IMG/VR virus record: IMGVR_UViG_3300025674_000021
Span: 37,707-101,706 of that record
Length of the DNA stretch: 64,000 bases
Reading direction: 5' to 3' (one strand)
Source: a virus
Part shown: positions 54,211-63,387 of the stretch, in pieces
Layout: the number at the start of each line of letters is the position of its first letter
Numbering within the stretch: the stretch's first letter is position 1
Notes under the pieces: generated by a model
Database searches by the model: none
Told to the model about the DNA's origin: nothing
The model's input: only the letters and a program-made list of their open reading frames with translations
Position numbers and translations under genes: made by a program

Positions 54211-54813
54211 ATGAGATTCGTAAAGAAAAATCTGGAAGAAGTAGATCATGTAGTAGATACAAAACCGAATAAGTCACCTTTTAAGTGGGCGCTACTGACA
54301 GTGGGAACACTGTTCGGTGTCGCTCACATTGGTGTTTTAGGGCACCTGATGGATCGGACACAACTCCCTAAAATAGATTTACCTTTGAATGACTACAGTT
54401 CTTATGTCATTCGTGCAGGAAAAGAAGGATATACAATAGAATATAAAGCAAATGACCCTAAGGTCATGAGACACAGTAGAGAGATTAGAAAGAAGAATGG
54501 ATTCTTTGGTGCCGGTGGAGAATCACAGATAGACACTTACGAAGAGTACACCATGGACGGGGGAAGACATCTCCAGGGTGGTGACGTGGGAAAGTTAAGT
54601 GCAGACCAATTAGAGTGCATCAAGGCGGCAGGTGGCGGAGAGTCATCAGGAAAGATGGTCGGTGCTAGTGTTGGTGCTGGTTTAGGTGGTGTAGTTGCCA
54701 ATATTCCATATGTCGGATGGGTATTGTCTGGTTGGTTGATGATGCTTGGACAAGATAAGGGTGGAGAAGTTGGTGCAGAACTTGCGACTGCAATGATTGC
54801 TGAGTGTGAATAG
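54211..54813 (+). CDS. Membrane-anchored protein with C-terminal glycine zipper
   Basis: N-terminal TM helix; GASVGAGLGG..IPYVGW..G...GGEVG. Confidence 0.75.
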   Translation: MRFVKKNLEEVDHVVDTKPNKSPFKWALLTVGTLFGVAHIGVLGHLMDRTQLPKIDLPLNDYSSYVIRAGKEGYTIEYKANDPKVMRHSREIRKKNGFFGAGGESQIDTYEEYTMDGGRHLQGGDVGKLSADQLECIKAAGGGESSGKMVGASVGAGLGGVVANIPYVGWVLSGWLMMLGQDKGGEVGAELATAMIAECE

Positions 54814-54860
54814 GGATAGCAACCCCTTAAAAAGTTCTGTTTAACCTAACGGAGAAACAG

Positions 54861-55040
54861 ATGGCAAACTCACCAACCGATAAGAGTGAAGGATTTATTA
54901 AATCTGGAATGACTTTAATCACTCAAGTATCTTCTGATAAATACTTAAAAAAACATTCTGAGTCAGTTCAGGAACCTCATCCCGAATCTGTACATTATGA
55001 TCATGAGGAGAGTATCGATAATGGCATGGGTCAAGGTTAA
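54861..55040 (+). CDS. Small hypothetical protein (59 aa)
   Basis: GGAG RBS; MANSPTDKSEGFIKSGMTLITQVSSDKYL... Confidence 0.6.
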   Translation: MANSPTDKSEGFIKSGMTLITQVSSDKYLKKHSESVQEPHPESVHYDHEESIDNGMGQG

Positions 55041-55115
55041 TATTAGTAATTCAAGACAATTGTTTGTAACACTATAAGAACTGTAACTACATAATACAGA
55101 TGATCTATTTAAAAA

Positions 55116-55709
55116 GTGAAACGATTAAATACTTTTCTTTTAGAGATCACTATTACAATCATTGACTACCTTTACAGGGGTAGATTTTTTCAAAGATTCT
55201 GGGTGCTTGAGGAGATTGCTCGGGCACCCTATTTTGCGTTTTTAAGTGTGCTTCATTTACGTGAGTCCTTAGGATTGCGCGGACAATGGCACATTTACTT
55301 GATGAAGGAACACTTCGAACAGAGCGTAAATGAAACAGAGCATTTGGAATATATGGAAAGTAGGGGTGGTAATCGTTATTGGATTGATCGCTTTGTCGCC
55401 AGACACCTTGTACTTGTCTACTATTGGATCAACGTGGTTTATTATTGGTTGGCTCCTCGCGCTGCATACCATTTGTCATATGAAATAGAAATGCACGCTG
55501 CCGAGACATATGCCCATTATCTTCAATATGAAGATTGGAATGATAAAGACATTTGGCGTATAATGAATGATGAGATTCAGCATTTTCAAGAACTTGCTGA
55601 AGCGATGAGGATCTTAGATCCCGATCATTTGACTGTAAGAGAAAAAGATCGTAAACCATTTCCACCAGACATCAGCGATTTGGTGGGAGTTGAGGAGGTT
55701 AAATCATGA
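55116..55709 (+). CDS. ptox: Plastoquinol terminal oxidase (PTOX)
   Basis: RFWVLEEIARAPYFAFLSVLHL.ESLG, NETEH, E.HA..TY, DEIQH di-iron motifs. Confidence 0.92.
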   Translation: MKRLNTFLLEITITIIDYLYRGRFFQRFWVLEEIARAPYFAFLSVLHLRESLGLRGQWHIYLMKEHFEQSVNETEHLEYMESRGGNRYWIDRFVARHLVLVYYWINVVYYWLAPRAAYHLSYEIEMHAAETYAHYLQYEDWNDKDIWRIMNDEIQHFQELAEAMRILDPDHLTVREKDRKPFPPDISDLVGVEEVKS

Positions 55710-55794
55710 TTTTGTTTCCGTTTGCTGTTGCAATGTTGCTTGTTTTTGGTATGGAACTAACATGGCCAGTAAGGTATAGAGGTAAAGGATTCAA

Positions 55795-55983
55795 ATGACC
55801 AATCCCGTATCAAAAGAAGAAGTGGAGGTAATGATTGCAGATGCAATACGTCGTCACAATCGCAATGCTTCGATTATTAGTATGTGTGTTGGTTGGGTTG
55901 TTCTTGCACTTTTTGCTGAGGGTCTGCTTCGACTTATTGGAGTGATACCACCGATATTCCCATGGTTGAATATCACATTATAG
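55795..55983 (+). CDS. Small membrane protein
   Basis: AIRRHNRNASIISMCVGWVVLALFAEGLL. Confidence 0.7.
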   Translation: MTNPVSKEEVEVMIADAIRRHNRNASIISMCVGWVVLALFAEGLLRLIGVIPPIFPWLNITL

Positions 55984-56162
55984 AGTGGGTCGGAGTAATA
56001 ACCCTATTTCTTTTTGGTATAACTATGTTGTGTCAAGGACACTTCATATACCATCAAAAGCACGGTTATTCTAGGAAGGATCATGAGTCCCAAGAAAGAA
56101 GAGATGAAGTCCGACGACAAGTCGAAGAAATCATCAGAAGAAAGGATAAAAGAGATCAGTAG
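55962..56162 (+). CDS. Small membrane protein
   Basis: One TM helix plus charged tail. Confidence 0.6.
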   Translation: MVEYHIIEWVGVITLFLFGITMLCQGHFIYHQKHGYSRKDHESQERRDEVRRQVEEIIRRKDKRDQ

Positions 56163-56346
56163 GATGATTCATCCACACGATGATGAACCAAATCCTACTG
56201 CACACATGGGGAACTATAATTTTCCTCAGATGCTCTTTGCTTTCTGTATAGGATTTTGTACTATGTTTGTCTTGTTTGTAGACGAACTAAATGATTTTAA
56301 GGGATGTCCACTCCCAGAGTATTTTCGAAAAGAGGTTAAAGGATGA
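56083..56346 (+). CDS. Small membrane protein
   Basis: One TM helix; ends FKGCPLPEYF; ATGA overlap with gnd. Confidence 0.65.
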   Translation: MSPKKEEMKSDDKSKKSSEERIKEISRMIHPHDDEPNPTAHMGNYNFPQMLFAFCIGFCTMFVLFVDELNDFKGCPLPEYFRKEVKG

Positions 56347-57362
56347 AAGTAGGAATGATTGGTCTTGGGCGAATGGGAGAGGGTATGTCCCGTCGTCTTA
56401 TTGCAGCAGGACATGAAGTACATGGATTTAGAAACAATGTTAAAAAAGCTGAAGCACAATATGAAGAGGGTTATATCAGTGGATATACCACTTCTATTCA
56501 AAGCCTTGTTCAAGTAGTCAGTGGTAAAGGTCCTGGCGTTTATATGATGGTTGTTCCAGCAGAAACCGTAGAGGATACACTCAATGAGCTACTACAATTT
56601 TGTATGGAAGGCGATATTATTATTGATCATGGCAATTCCAATTTTAAGGACTCTAGACGGAGGGCAGAAAGGTTGTCTAAGATGGGCATCCAATATATTG
56701 ACTGCGGCACTAGTGGTGGTGTTTACGGTCTGGAGCGTGGATATTGTCTTATGGTTGGTGGTGCAGATACTGCAGTATCCGTCTGCAATCCAATCTTTGA
56801 CGCACTCGCACCAGGCATCAGTGGAGCTCCAAGGACCGATGACGGAACTTGGGAGACACCTGCTGAGCGTGGTTGGTTGAGGTGTGGTGGACCTGGTGCA
56901 GGTCATTTCGTGAAAATGGTTCACAACGGAGTCGAATATGGCATCATGCAAGCATACGCCGAAGGATTTAATATCCTGCATGAAGCTAATGCTGGGTCAG
57001 CTTACATTAAAGAGGGTGACGCTGAAGTCGCTCCAATGGATTGTCCAGCAGATTATTGCTATGATATTGATGTTGCTGAAGTGGCTGAGTTATGGCGTCG
57101 TGGTAGCGTGGTTGGTTCTTGGTTACTCGATCTTACCGCTATTGTATTACGCCGCGATAGAGAGCTTAGCAAGTTCGATGGAGGAGTATCAGACAGTGGT
57201 GAAGGTCGTTGGACTGTTCACAGTGCTGTGGATCTCGGTGTTCCAGCCCCTGTTATTACTACTGCTCTCTTCTCAAGATTTGAGTCCAGACGACTGGGAA
57301 GATTTGCAAACAAAGTCCTGAATGGTATGAGAGCAATGTTTGGAGGTCACGATGTTCGGTGA
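56343..57362 (+). CDS. gnd: 6-phosphogluconate dehydrogenase (short form)
   Basis: GMIGLGRMG, DCGTSGG, GAGHFVKMVHNGVEYG, DSGEGRW. Confidence 0.96.
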   Translation: MKVGMIGLGRMGEGMSRRLIAAGHEVHGFRNNVKKAEAQYEEGYISGYTTSIQSLVQVVSGKGPGVYMMVVPAETVEDTLNELLQFCMEGDIIIDHGNSNFKDSRRRAERLSKMGIQYIDCGTSGGVYGLERGYCLMVGGADTAVSVCNPIFDALAPGISGAPRTDDGTWETPAERGWLRCGGPGAGHFVKMVHNGVEYGIMQAYAEGFNILHEANAGSAYIKEGDAEVAPMDCPADYCYDIDVAEVAELWRRGSVVGSWLLDLTAIVLRRDRELSKFDGGVSDSGEGRWTVHSAVDLGVPAPVITTALFSRFESRRLGRFANKVLNGMRAMFGGHDVR

Positions 57363-57480
57363 ATTTCTCAAATGGATTGCAATACCGTTTGTACTATCCA
57401 CGATATATTTCGGGGTACGAAAAGGTGAAAATGACTACTACGACTCGGACGACTATGATGGCAACGGAACAGCACATTGA
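57352..57480 (+). CDS. ndhP: NdhP-like small subunit of cyanobacterial NDH-1 (42 aa), below ORF-track cutoff
   Basis: MFGEFLKWIAIPFVLSTIYFGVRKGENDYYDSDDYDGNGTAH: one TM helix plus the YD.D.Y.GNG.AH tail characteristic of NdhP; GGAGG RBS. Confidence 0.8.
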   Translation: MFGEFLKWIAIPFVLSTIYFGVRKGENDYYDSDDYDGNGTAH

Positions 57481-58816
57481 AGATAAAGTAGATACTAGTG
57501 GCATTGTTATATTTGGTGCCACTGGTGATCTCTGTAAGAAAAAATTAATTCCTGCACTGTATCAGTTGTGGAAAAAAGATCTTCTTCCAAATAATTTTTT
57601 AATTACAGGTTGTGCTAGACGAGCACCAACCGCTACACAATGGAAAGAATCTCTTGGAGAATATCCAGAAGAGTTTTTACGTCAGTTAGATTACATCTCT
57701 GCAGATCTCGACAATGTTGAATCTCTACGTCACCTTCCTGATTATCTTCACGATAACACTTACTTCTTATCTGTTCCTCCAGAGAGGTATGCTAACGCGA
57801 TTAGCAATCTTAAAGAGGCAGGTAAACTTGATGACCCCGACCATTCCCGCGTGGTTATCGAGAAACCCTTTGGCTACGATTATAAATCTGCTGATCGTCT
57901 ATCAGCTGTGGTTGCTAGACATCTACGCGAGAAACAAGTATATCGCATTGACCATTATCTTGGCAAAGATACTGTTAATAATATACTTGCTACTCGGTTT
58001 AGTAATATTATTCTTGAACCACTTTGGAATCGTAACTATGTAGAAGAGATTCAGATCTTTGCTTCTGAAACTATTGGGTGTGAAGGACGTGCTCAATACT
58101 ATGAGACTGCAGGTGCAGTTCGTGACATGCTTCAGAATCACATCCTTCAGGTTCTTTCTTTGATTGCTATGGAAGCTCCTTGCAAAATGGATGCTAAGGA
58201 GGTTCGTCGTGAGAAAACAAAAGTTCTTGCTGCTACTCGTTTAGGGGAGGATATGATCCTTGGACAATACGAAAAATACCGCGATGAAGAGGGCGTTGAT
58301 CCTAACAGTCGCACTCCTACCTTCGTTGCTGGTACTCTATATGTCGATAACTGGCGTTGGCAGGATGTTCCTTTTCGCATTCTAACCGGTAAACAAATGC
58401 CATTTGGATGTGTTGAGGTAGTAATCAAACTCAAATCACCACCAATTAAATTGTATGAGGGTAAAGTTAATGATCGTATCGTTATGCGTCTACAACCTAA
58501 TCCTCATTTGGATATTAGTATGGGCATTAAATCTCCTGGACTTGAAGATAATGTTGAGGTAGCAACATTAACTCATGCATATCCACAAGATAGAGCAATT
58601 GATGGATATGAAAAACTCTTGTACGATGCTATTAGTGGAGATCAATCACATTTTGTTCACGTCGATGAGGTAATGGAATCTTGGAGGATCGTCGATGACC
58701 TTCTTTGTACTGGTGATTCTTGTCCAATTCGTACTGTCCCTTATATCTACTTGCCGGGTACGTGGGGACCGGTTCACAAAATAGATCGTATCACTAAATG
58801 GGACTACCCATGTTAA
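57455..58816 (+). CDS. zwf: Glucose-6-phosphate dehydrogenase
   Basis: GATGDL, EKPFG, RIDHYLGK, RDMLQNH; start placed at ATG 57455/57458. Confidence 0.96.
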   Translation: MMATEQHIEDKVDTSGIVIFGATGDLCKKKLIPALYQLWKKDLLPNNFLITGCARRAPTATQWKESLGEYPEEFLRQLDYISADLDNVESLRHLPDYLHDNTYFLSVPPERYANAISNLKEAGKLDDPDHSRVVIEKPFGYDYKSADRLSAVVARHLREKQVYRIDHYLGKDTVNNILATRFSNIILEPLWNRNYVEEIQIFASETIGCEGRAQYYETAGAVRDMLQNHILQVLSLIAMEAPCKMDAKEVRREKTKVLAATRLGEDMILGQYEKYRDEEGVDPNSRTPTFVAGTLYVDNWRWQDVPFRILTGKQMPFGCVEVVIKLKSPPIKLYEGKVNDRIVMRLQPNPHLDISMGIKSPGLEDNVEVATLTHAYPQDRAIDGYEKLLYDAISGDQSHFVHVDEVMESWRIVDDLLCTGDSCPIRTVPYIYLPGTWGPVHKIDRITKWDYPC

Positions 58817-58852
58817 AGAATTCTATTTCTAAATAGAGAAAGAATTGCTGAT

Positions 58853-59077
58853 ATGGAAGTGAACTTAGTTCTAAAACCATTGAGTGATACTAATGATCCA
58901 ACCTGGAGCATTATTATTAGTTTAGTGATCCTTTTATTGGGTGTTGGGTATATTGTTTACATGATACTTAACATTGCATATAAGGAGATGGATGAAAATG
59001 TCCAAGAGATTGAAATCCAAAAAGAAGGGCAAACAGTCGAAGCAATTCAGCGGGAATGCGATTGCAAAGAGAGCTAA
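58853..59077 (+). CDS. Small membrane protein
   Basis: DPTWSIIISLVILLLGVGYIVYMIL helix. Confidence 0.7.
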   Translation: MEVNLVLKPLSDTNDPTWSIIISLVILLLGVGYIVYMILNIAYKEMDENVQEIEIQKEGQTVEAIQRECDCKES

Positions 59078-59096
59078 AAACGGGGGTAAGAAGTGA
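58998..59096 (+). CDS. Small very basic peptide (32 aa)
   Basis: MSKRLKSKKKGKQSKQFSGNAIAKRAKNGGKK; AAGGAG upstream; stop overlaps next start. Confidence 0.45.
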   Translation: MSKRLKSKKKGKQSKQFSGNAIAKRAKNGGKK

Positions 59097-59557
59097 TGGC
59101 AGCAATGACTCCACCTAGCAGAAAGTCCTGTTACAATTTTAGAGTAGTGGAGGTAAATCGTGTCCTTGATGGAGATACGCTGGATGTCACTATAGACTTG
59201 GGATTTGATCTTTATAAGAAAGAGAGAGTTAGAATTGCAGGAGTAGATACTCCTGAGAAGAGAACAAGAGACCTAGATGAAAAAGCACTAGGTATTGACG
59301 CCACCAACTGGATGAAGGAAAAACTAGAGGGTGCTATTCATGGAGACGACGATCTCATCATTAGAACTGAACTGGTTGGTGGTATGGGTAAGTACGGTCG
59401 CCTTCTTGGTTGGTTATATATTGGAGATGCAGAAGTATCATTGAACGAACAAATGATTACCGAAGGTTATGCTTTCCCTTATGATGGGGGCACAAAGGTT
59501 AAGGATTTTGAGCAGTTAAGAGAAATTCGTAGAGCACATGGAACTTTAGTGGAATAA
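59093..59557 (+). CDS. Thermonuclease (SNase)-family nuclease
   Basis: RVLDGDT, RIAGVDTPE, GKYGRLLG, LNEQMI.EGYA motifs. Confidence 0.9.
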   Translation: MMAAMTPPSRKSCYNFRVVEVNRVLDGDTLDVTIDLGFDLYKKERVRIAGVDTPEKRTRDLDEKALGIDATNWMKEKLEGAIHGDDDLIIRTELVGGMGKYGRLLGWLYIGDAEVSLNEQMITEGYAFPYDGGTKVKDFEQLREIRRAHGTLVE

Positions 59558-59597
59558 TTTGTCCACATATATAAGTTATGAGTTTAATTTAATAACC

Positions 59598-59921
59598 ATG
59601 AAAGTTTTATTTGCTCTTTTTGCCTCACTATTTTTGGCACTTCCTGCATGGGCTGTTGACGTTCAAATGGGTTACGATGGCAATCTTGCATTTGAACCTA
59701 GCGAAGTCACTATTTCTGCTGGGGAGTCAGTTCATTTTATTAATAATATGCTTCCTCCTCATAATGTCGTTGTAGAAGACCATCCAGAACTCTCTCATGA
59801 AGAACTTGCCATGATGCCTGGTGAAGATTTTGAAGTTGCTTTCCCTGAGGCAGGTGATTATACATACTGGTGTGCTCCTCACAAGGGTGCAGGTATGATT
59901 GGTACAGTACACGTACAGTAA
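59598..59921 (+). CDS. petE: Plastocyanin
   Basis: Signal peptide ending AWA; PPHNVV and YWC.PHKGAGM copper ligands. Confidence 0.95.
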   Translation: MKVLFALFASLFLALPAWAVDVQMGYDGNLAFEPSEVTISAGESVHFINNMLPPHNVVVEDHPELSHEELAMMPGEDFEVAFPEAGDYTYWCAPHKGAGMIGTVHVQ

Positions 59922-60187
59922 TGAATTCTAGAGAATCAGATTACATTAATACTGGACAGGTTATACAACAACCGCACTGTAATGGATATGTTAGAATGGG
60001 TCCTATTGAAGGATGTTTAGGTGATTTTAGTACGTTACATTTAATTTTAATTTTAGGAACTTCTGGATTAATAATTGCTATTTGGAAGTCCCCATCTATT
60101 ATTAAAGAAATGAAATGGTATAAGTTTAGACAGAAATATTATGATTTTTGTTCTGTAATGGAAAAGAAATTTTATAGGAAAAAGTAA
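59921..60187 (+). CDS. Small membrane protein
   Basis: ATG overlapping petE stop; one TM helix. Confidence 0.55.
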   Translation: MNSRESDYINTGQVIQQPHCNGYVRMGPIEGCLGDFSTLHLILILGTSGLIIAIWKSPSIIKEMKWYKFRQKYYDFCSVMEKKFYRKK

Positions 60188-60456
60188 TGCAAAAACTAAT
60201 TAACGTTATTGCACTGCTATCAGGACTGACTTCACTGGCAGTCCTTGGTGGTGGTTATTATCTTTATGCTAATAAAGATGCAATGATTGAAGATATTCGT
60301 AAGCAAGCAACTGAGCAAGTCACTAAAGCAATGACTGAAGCTCTTCCTGGAATCATTGATTCTTTGATGCCAGAAATCCCTGAAGTACCTACTGCTACAG
60401 GTGGAGTTGTTAGGGAATCAACACCTAAAGTTACTGGTGGAGTAGTTCCTTTCTGA
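60187..60456 (+). CDS. Membrane-anchored hypothetical protein
   Basis: MQKLINVIALLS...GGGYYLY followed by Pro-rich tail. Confidence 0.75.
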   Translation: MQKLINVIALLSGLTSLAVLGGGYYLYANKDAMIEDIRKQATEQVTKAMTEALPGIIDSLMPEIPEVPTATGGVVRESTPKVTGGVVPF

Positions 60457-60500
60457 GAATTTGATTAGAGATGTTAAATAAAAAAAATGCTTTTAGAGTT

Positions 60501-60629
60501 ATGTTTACTGCAAGAAAAGTAAAACGAGTAAATCAATACAAATCAGGAGGAAGGGATGCTGCAGATACCTTCTTCCTTTATGTTGCTTTTCATTCTGCTT
60601 GGAACGCTATCGTTAAATTTTTTGATTGA
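60501..60629 (+). CDS. Small hypothetical protein (42 aa)
   Basis: ..DTFFLYVAFHSAWNAIVKFFD; stop overlaps next ATG. Confidence 0.55.
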   Translation: MFTARKVKRVNQYKSGGRDAADTFFLYVAFHSAWNAIVKFFD

Positions 60630-61435
60630 TGGAAATTGGACATATTAAAGTTGATAAAATTAATATCGACAATATAGGAGTTAGTAATATAAATCCTGTA
60701 GTAAATGTCCCAAGTACATTGGCATTACCAAAAGCACCGCCAGTAACATTATACATTGGCATTCCTATTGTAGATATGCCTGGATGTGTGGAGGCACACC
60801 AGACCAATAATCCAAAAAATAATATAATTAAACAAGATGATGAAAGTGGTACTATAGTTTTATGTGATGGACATCTTCCATCCTTTAATCCTATTAACTA
60901 CAATTCAAATGATTTGCCACCTCCACAAATTAAAAGTGTTCCTCCTGTAAAACCTAAAGCACCAGAAGTTCCTAAAGTACCAGATACTTCTGAGGCAGTT
61001 AAAAATATACCCAAACCACAAATACAGTGTCCTACTGAAGATCAAAGGCAGAATGAACCTGTAGGATTTATATTTGATTTTGGTAGACAGAAAGTAATTG
61101 GATATCAACTCCAAGGTAATGAATGTGTCAGATTGACTGAAGGAGTTGCTATACCTGAACAAGTTATCAATGCTTTGCCAGCAACAGGACAAGTAGTAAC
61201 TACTGCTACTATTGCTGTTGTTGCAACTACATCTGCTCTGGTAGCAAAACCTTTGGTGGATCTTTTACTTAAGGTAATTAGACCGCTCACAAAAAAAATC
61301 GTAAAAAAAATTGCCTCTGTTAGAGGCAAGGTAATTATAATGTCTGTAGAAGAAAGACGAATAAAACAAAGAGAACGTAATCATGCTATCTATGCTCTAC
61401 GTCAGACATTCAAGGTTGGGAAGAAGAAGAAATAG
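60629..61435 (+). CDS. Pro-rich membrane protein with paired cysteines
   Basis: PIVDMPGCVEAH..CD...PSF.PI.Y, C-terminal TTATIAVVATTSAL.AKPL helix and basic tail. Confidence 0.75.
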   Translation: MEIGHIKVDKINIDNIGVSNINPVVNVPSTLALPKAPPVTLYIGIPIVDMPGCVEAHQTNNPKNNIIKQDDESGTIVLCDGHLPSFNPINYNSNDLPPPQIKSVPPVKPKAPEVPKVPDTSEAVKNIPKPQIQCPTEDQRQNEPVGFIFDFGRQKVIGYQLQGNECVRLTEGVAIPEQVINALPATGQVVTTATIAVVATTSALVAKPLVDLLLKVIRPLTKKIVKKIASVRGKVIIMSVEERRIKQRERNHAIYALRQTFKVGKKKK

Positions 61436-62267
61436 GACCACCTAAATCTTGAGCATTGGTTGATGTTGGACCTGGAATATAATGCCTATGCTCTTTAATG
61501 TGAGTTACATTTTGAACAACCACGTCTGCACACGTTCTATAATAAGGACTCTTGGGATGAAAAGATATTCCCTCCTTTATTAATTGTCCGCAATTTTTTA
61601 ATCTAGCTAGTTCAAAATCTAATCTTTTATTGGCAATTAATTGTTGTTGTAATTGAATTTGTGTTGCTGCTGCCTCTTTACATTGCTGCTGTAGTTTTGG
61701 ATCTAATGGTCTAGACCAAGTGGCAGAAAATCCTATACTTAAATTGTAGTTATCTTTTTGTCCTGTTCTTACAGGAACAGTGTAGAGAACAGAACCAGGA
61801 TTGTCAGGTGCTCCATCCTCATCCATGTCCCTCATGTCATAGACAGGATCATAGTAGTAATCTTCATAGGGTCTGGTAGCAGAAGCACTACCAGTTACAT
61901 AAGGTGTGATGTTTAGAGTGGGTCCTTGGCACTGTATACCATTGCCGTATGTATTAGTGATGTAAGGTCCTTGGAGGACTTGGATTGCTTGGTTCGTGAC
62001 TGAGCCAGAGGAATTAGCAACAGGAGCAGCAGTAGCACTAACACCCCCGACTTCAGCGAGTGCTTGAGTTGGGAATAACGATCCAAGAAGAAGTGCTCCT
62101 ATTACTGACTGAAAATTGAGGTTGTATCTGTGATGCTTGTGACTTCTGTTGTTCTTTGAATTATTGTTTGATTGCTTAAACCAGGACCCGAATAGGTTTC
62201 TGTGAACTGAAACGCTCCTCCTGGTGTCGTCTGTGTAAAGTTTGGTCTGCTGTTGATTCCTGTCCAT
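61410..62267 (-). CDS. Exported hypothetical protein (true start uncertain)
   Basis: Signal-like LLLGSLFPTQALA then ANSSGSVTNQAIQVLQGPY; cysteine pairs. Confidence 0.7.
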   Translation of the reverse strand: MDRNQQQTKLYTDDTRRSVSVHRNLFGSWFKQSNNNSKNNRSHKHHRYNLNFQSVIGALLLGSLFPTQALAEVGGVSATAAPVANSSGSVTNQAIQVLQGPYITNTYGNGIQCQGPTLNITPYVTGSASATRPYEDYYYDPVYDMRDMDEDGAPDNPGSVLYTVPVRTGQKDNYNLSIGFSATWSRPLDPKLQQQCKEAAATQIQLQQQLIANKRLDFELARLKNCGQLIKEGISFHPKSPYYRTCADVVVQNVTHIKEHRHYIPGPTSTNAQDLGGPISSSSQP

Positions 62268-62518
62268 GATGATGTCACGCCGTCTATAGTTACAGTATTA
62301 GCACCTGTGCCTGGTTGCAGTGAACCTGATGCTGTAATTCCACTCCCTGTTACTGAATACTGATATCCAGTGTTATAGTCCATTGAATTAATGGTCTCTG
62401 TAATTTTTTGTATGGTCTCTGTGTGGCTTGTCATCGACCCCTGTGTGAAGTTAGGGACCACTGGGACCGCCATAGCAGGAGACCCCAGTAGTAATGCCAC
62501 GAAAAATAATCTCTTCAT
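62102..62518 (-). CDS. Exported beta-rich hypothetical protein
   Basis: Signal peptide MKRLFFVALLLGSPAMA; VPVVPNFTQGSMTS. Confidence 0.8.
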   Translation of the reverse strand: MKRLFFVALLLGSPAMAVPVVPNFTQGSMTSHTETIQKITETINSMDYNTGYQYSVTGSGITASGSLQPGTGANTVTIDGVTSSWTGINSRPNFTQTTPGGAFQFTETYSGPGLSNQTIIQRTTEVTSITDTTSIFSQ

Positions 62519-62530
62519 GGTTATATAGTA

Positions 62531-62983
62531 TTAGTCGATAACGGTGATCTCAGAAACGAATTGTCCTGTTGCAGATGTACCAGCTCCACCTGCTGTTAGT
62601 GACATAGCATGTGAACTATCAATAGTACCTGCTAGTGAACCAGCAGATCCAGCGGTGTAAGAAGTAATGTTTGAGAAGTTTGGTGTATCTCCTGTAGTTA
62701 CTGCTGCTGTTGGGATAGCATCTTTTACAGTCATCGACTCACTAAATGACCAATTCTCTCCTGCTGTGTGAACATCATATGTTCCAGCAGTTCCGAGGGT
62801 GCCCATGGTGGTAACACTAATGTTAGAACCAGAAGCAGAATAGCTATCGCCAATTCTAACAGCAGTAGAACGAGCAGCGTCAACAGTTAGTTGAACACTA
62901 GAAGCATGTTTAGTAACAATTCCGCCAGCGTTAGCAGCAGCAGCGGTCATCAATACCATACTGAAAGCGATTAGTGATTTCAT
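62531..62983 (-). CDS. Exported Ser/Thr/Gly-rich beta protein
   Basis: Signal peptide MKSLIAFSMVLMTAAAANA; ends AGGAGTSATGQFVSEITV. Confidence 0.8.
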   Translation of the reverse strand: MKSLIAFSMVLMTAAAANAGGIVTKHASSVQLTVDAARSTAVRIGDSYSASGSNISVTTMGTLGTAGTYDVHTAGENWSFSESMTVKDAIPTAAVTTGDTPNFSNITSYTAGSAGSLAGTIDSSHAMSLTAGGAGTSATGQFVSEITVID

Positions 62984-63108
62984 TTAAGGTGTCAATGTTC
63001 GTGTATGCTTGTATTTAGAAAAAAAAGCATTGGAAATATGTGTTAAAATGTGTATAAGCGGACTTATATAAATAAATCCGAATTGCATTTACGTTACAAT
63101 TTTCTATC

Positions 63109-63357
63109 ATGAACGAACAACAATTTCATCTGACGAATCTGCTAAAGCAAAGAGATTCCATTGGTAAAGAAATTAATGATTTGCAGGAAGGAATCACAAA
63201 GAGAAGAGAAGTATTTTTTAAAGTTCAAGGTGCTATCGATTACTTGACTCAGATTGGAGTCACCGTACCTGAAGAGACCGAGACCACAGAAGCAGCAGCA
63301 CCAGAAGCAGCAGCAGAAGAAACCGCACCAGCAGAAGAAGCAGCAGTCGCAGGTTGA
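63109..63357 (+). CDS. Small coiled-coil protein with acidic tail
   Basis: TATAAATA at 63067; KVQGAIDYL motif. Confidence 0.75.
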   Translation: MNEQQFHLTNLLKQRDSIGKEINDLQEGITKRREVFFKVQGAIDYLTQIGVTVPEETETTEAAAPEAAAEETAPAEEAAVAG

Positions 63358-63382
63358 CAGACCAGCACTGAGACGTTATAAT
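63354..63382 (+). promoter_or_regulatory. Consensus sigma70 promoter for the tRNA cluster
   Basis: TTGACA-17 nt-TATAAT. Confidence 0.85.
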
Positions 63383-63387
63383 AAAAA

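Noticed and set aside
57359-57454. N-terminal extension of zwf in the ORF track
   Set aside because: Region is better explained by the ndhP-like ORF in another frame
184-61329. Many minus-strand and alternate-frame ORFs in the track (e.g. 5793..6524, 17948..18553, 20920..21471, 30839..31432)
   Set aside because: They lie within well-supported + strand genes, lack recognisable motifs and are expected shadows of biased codon usage
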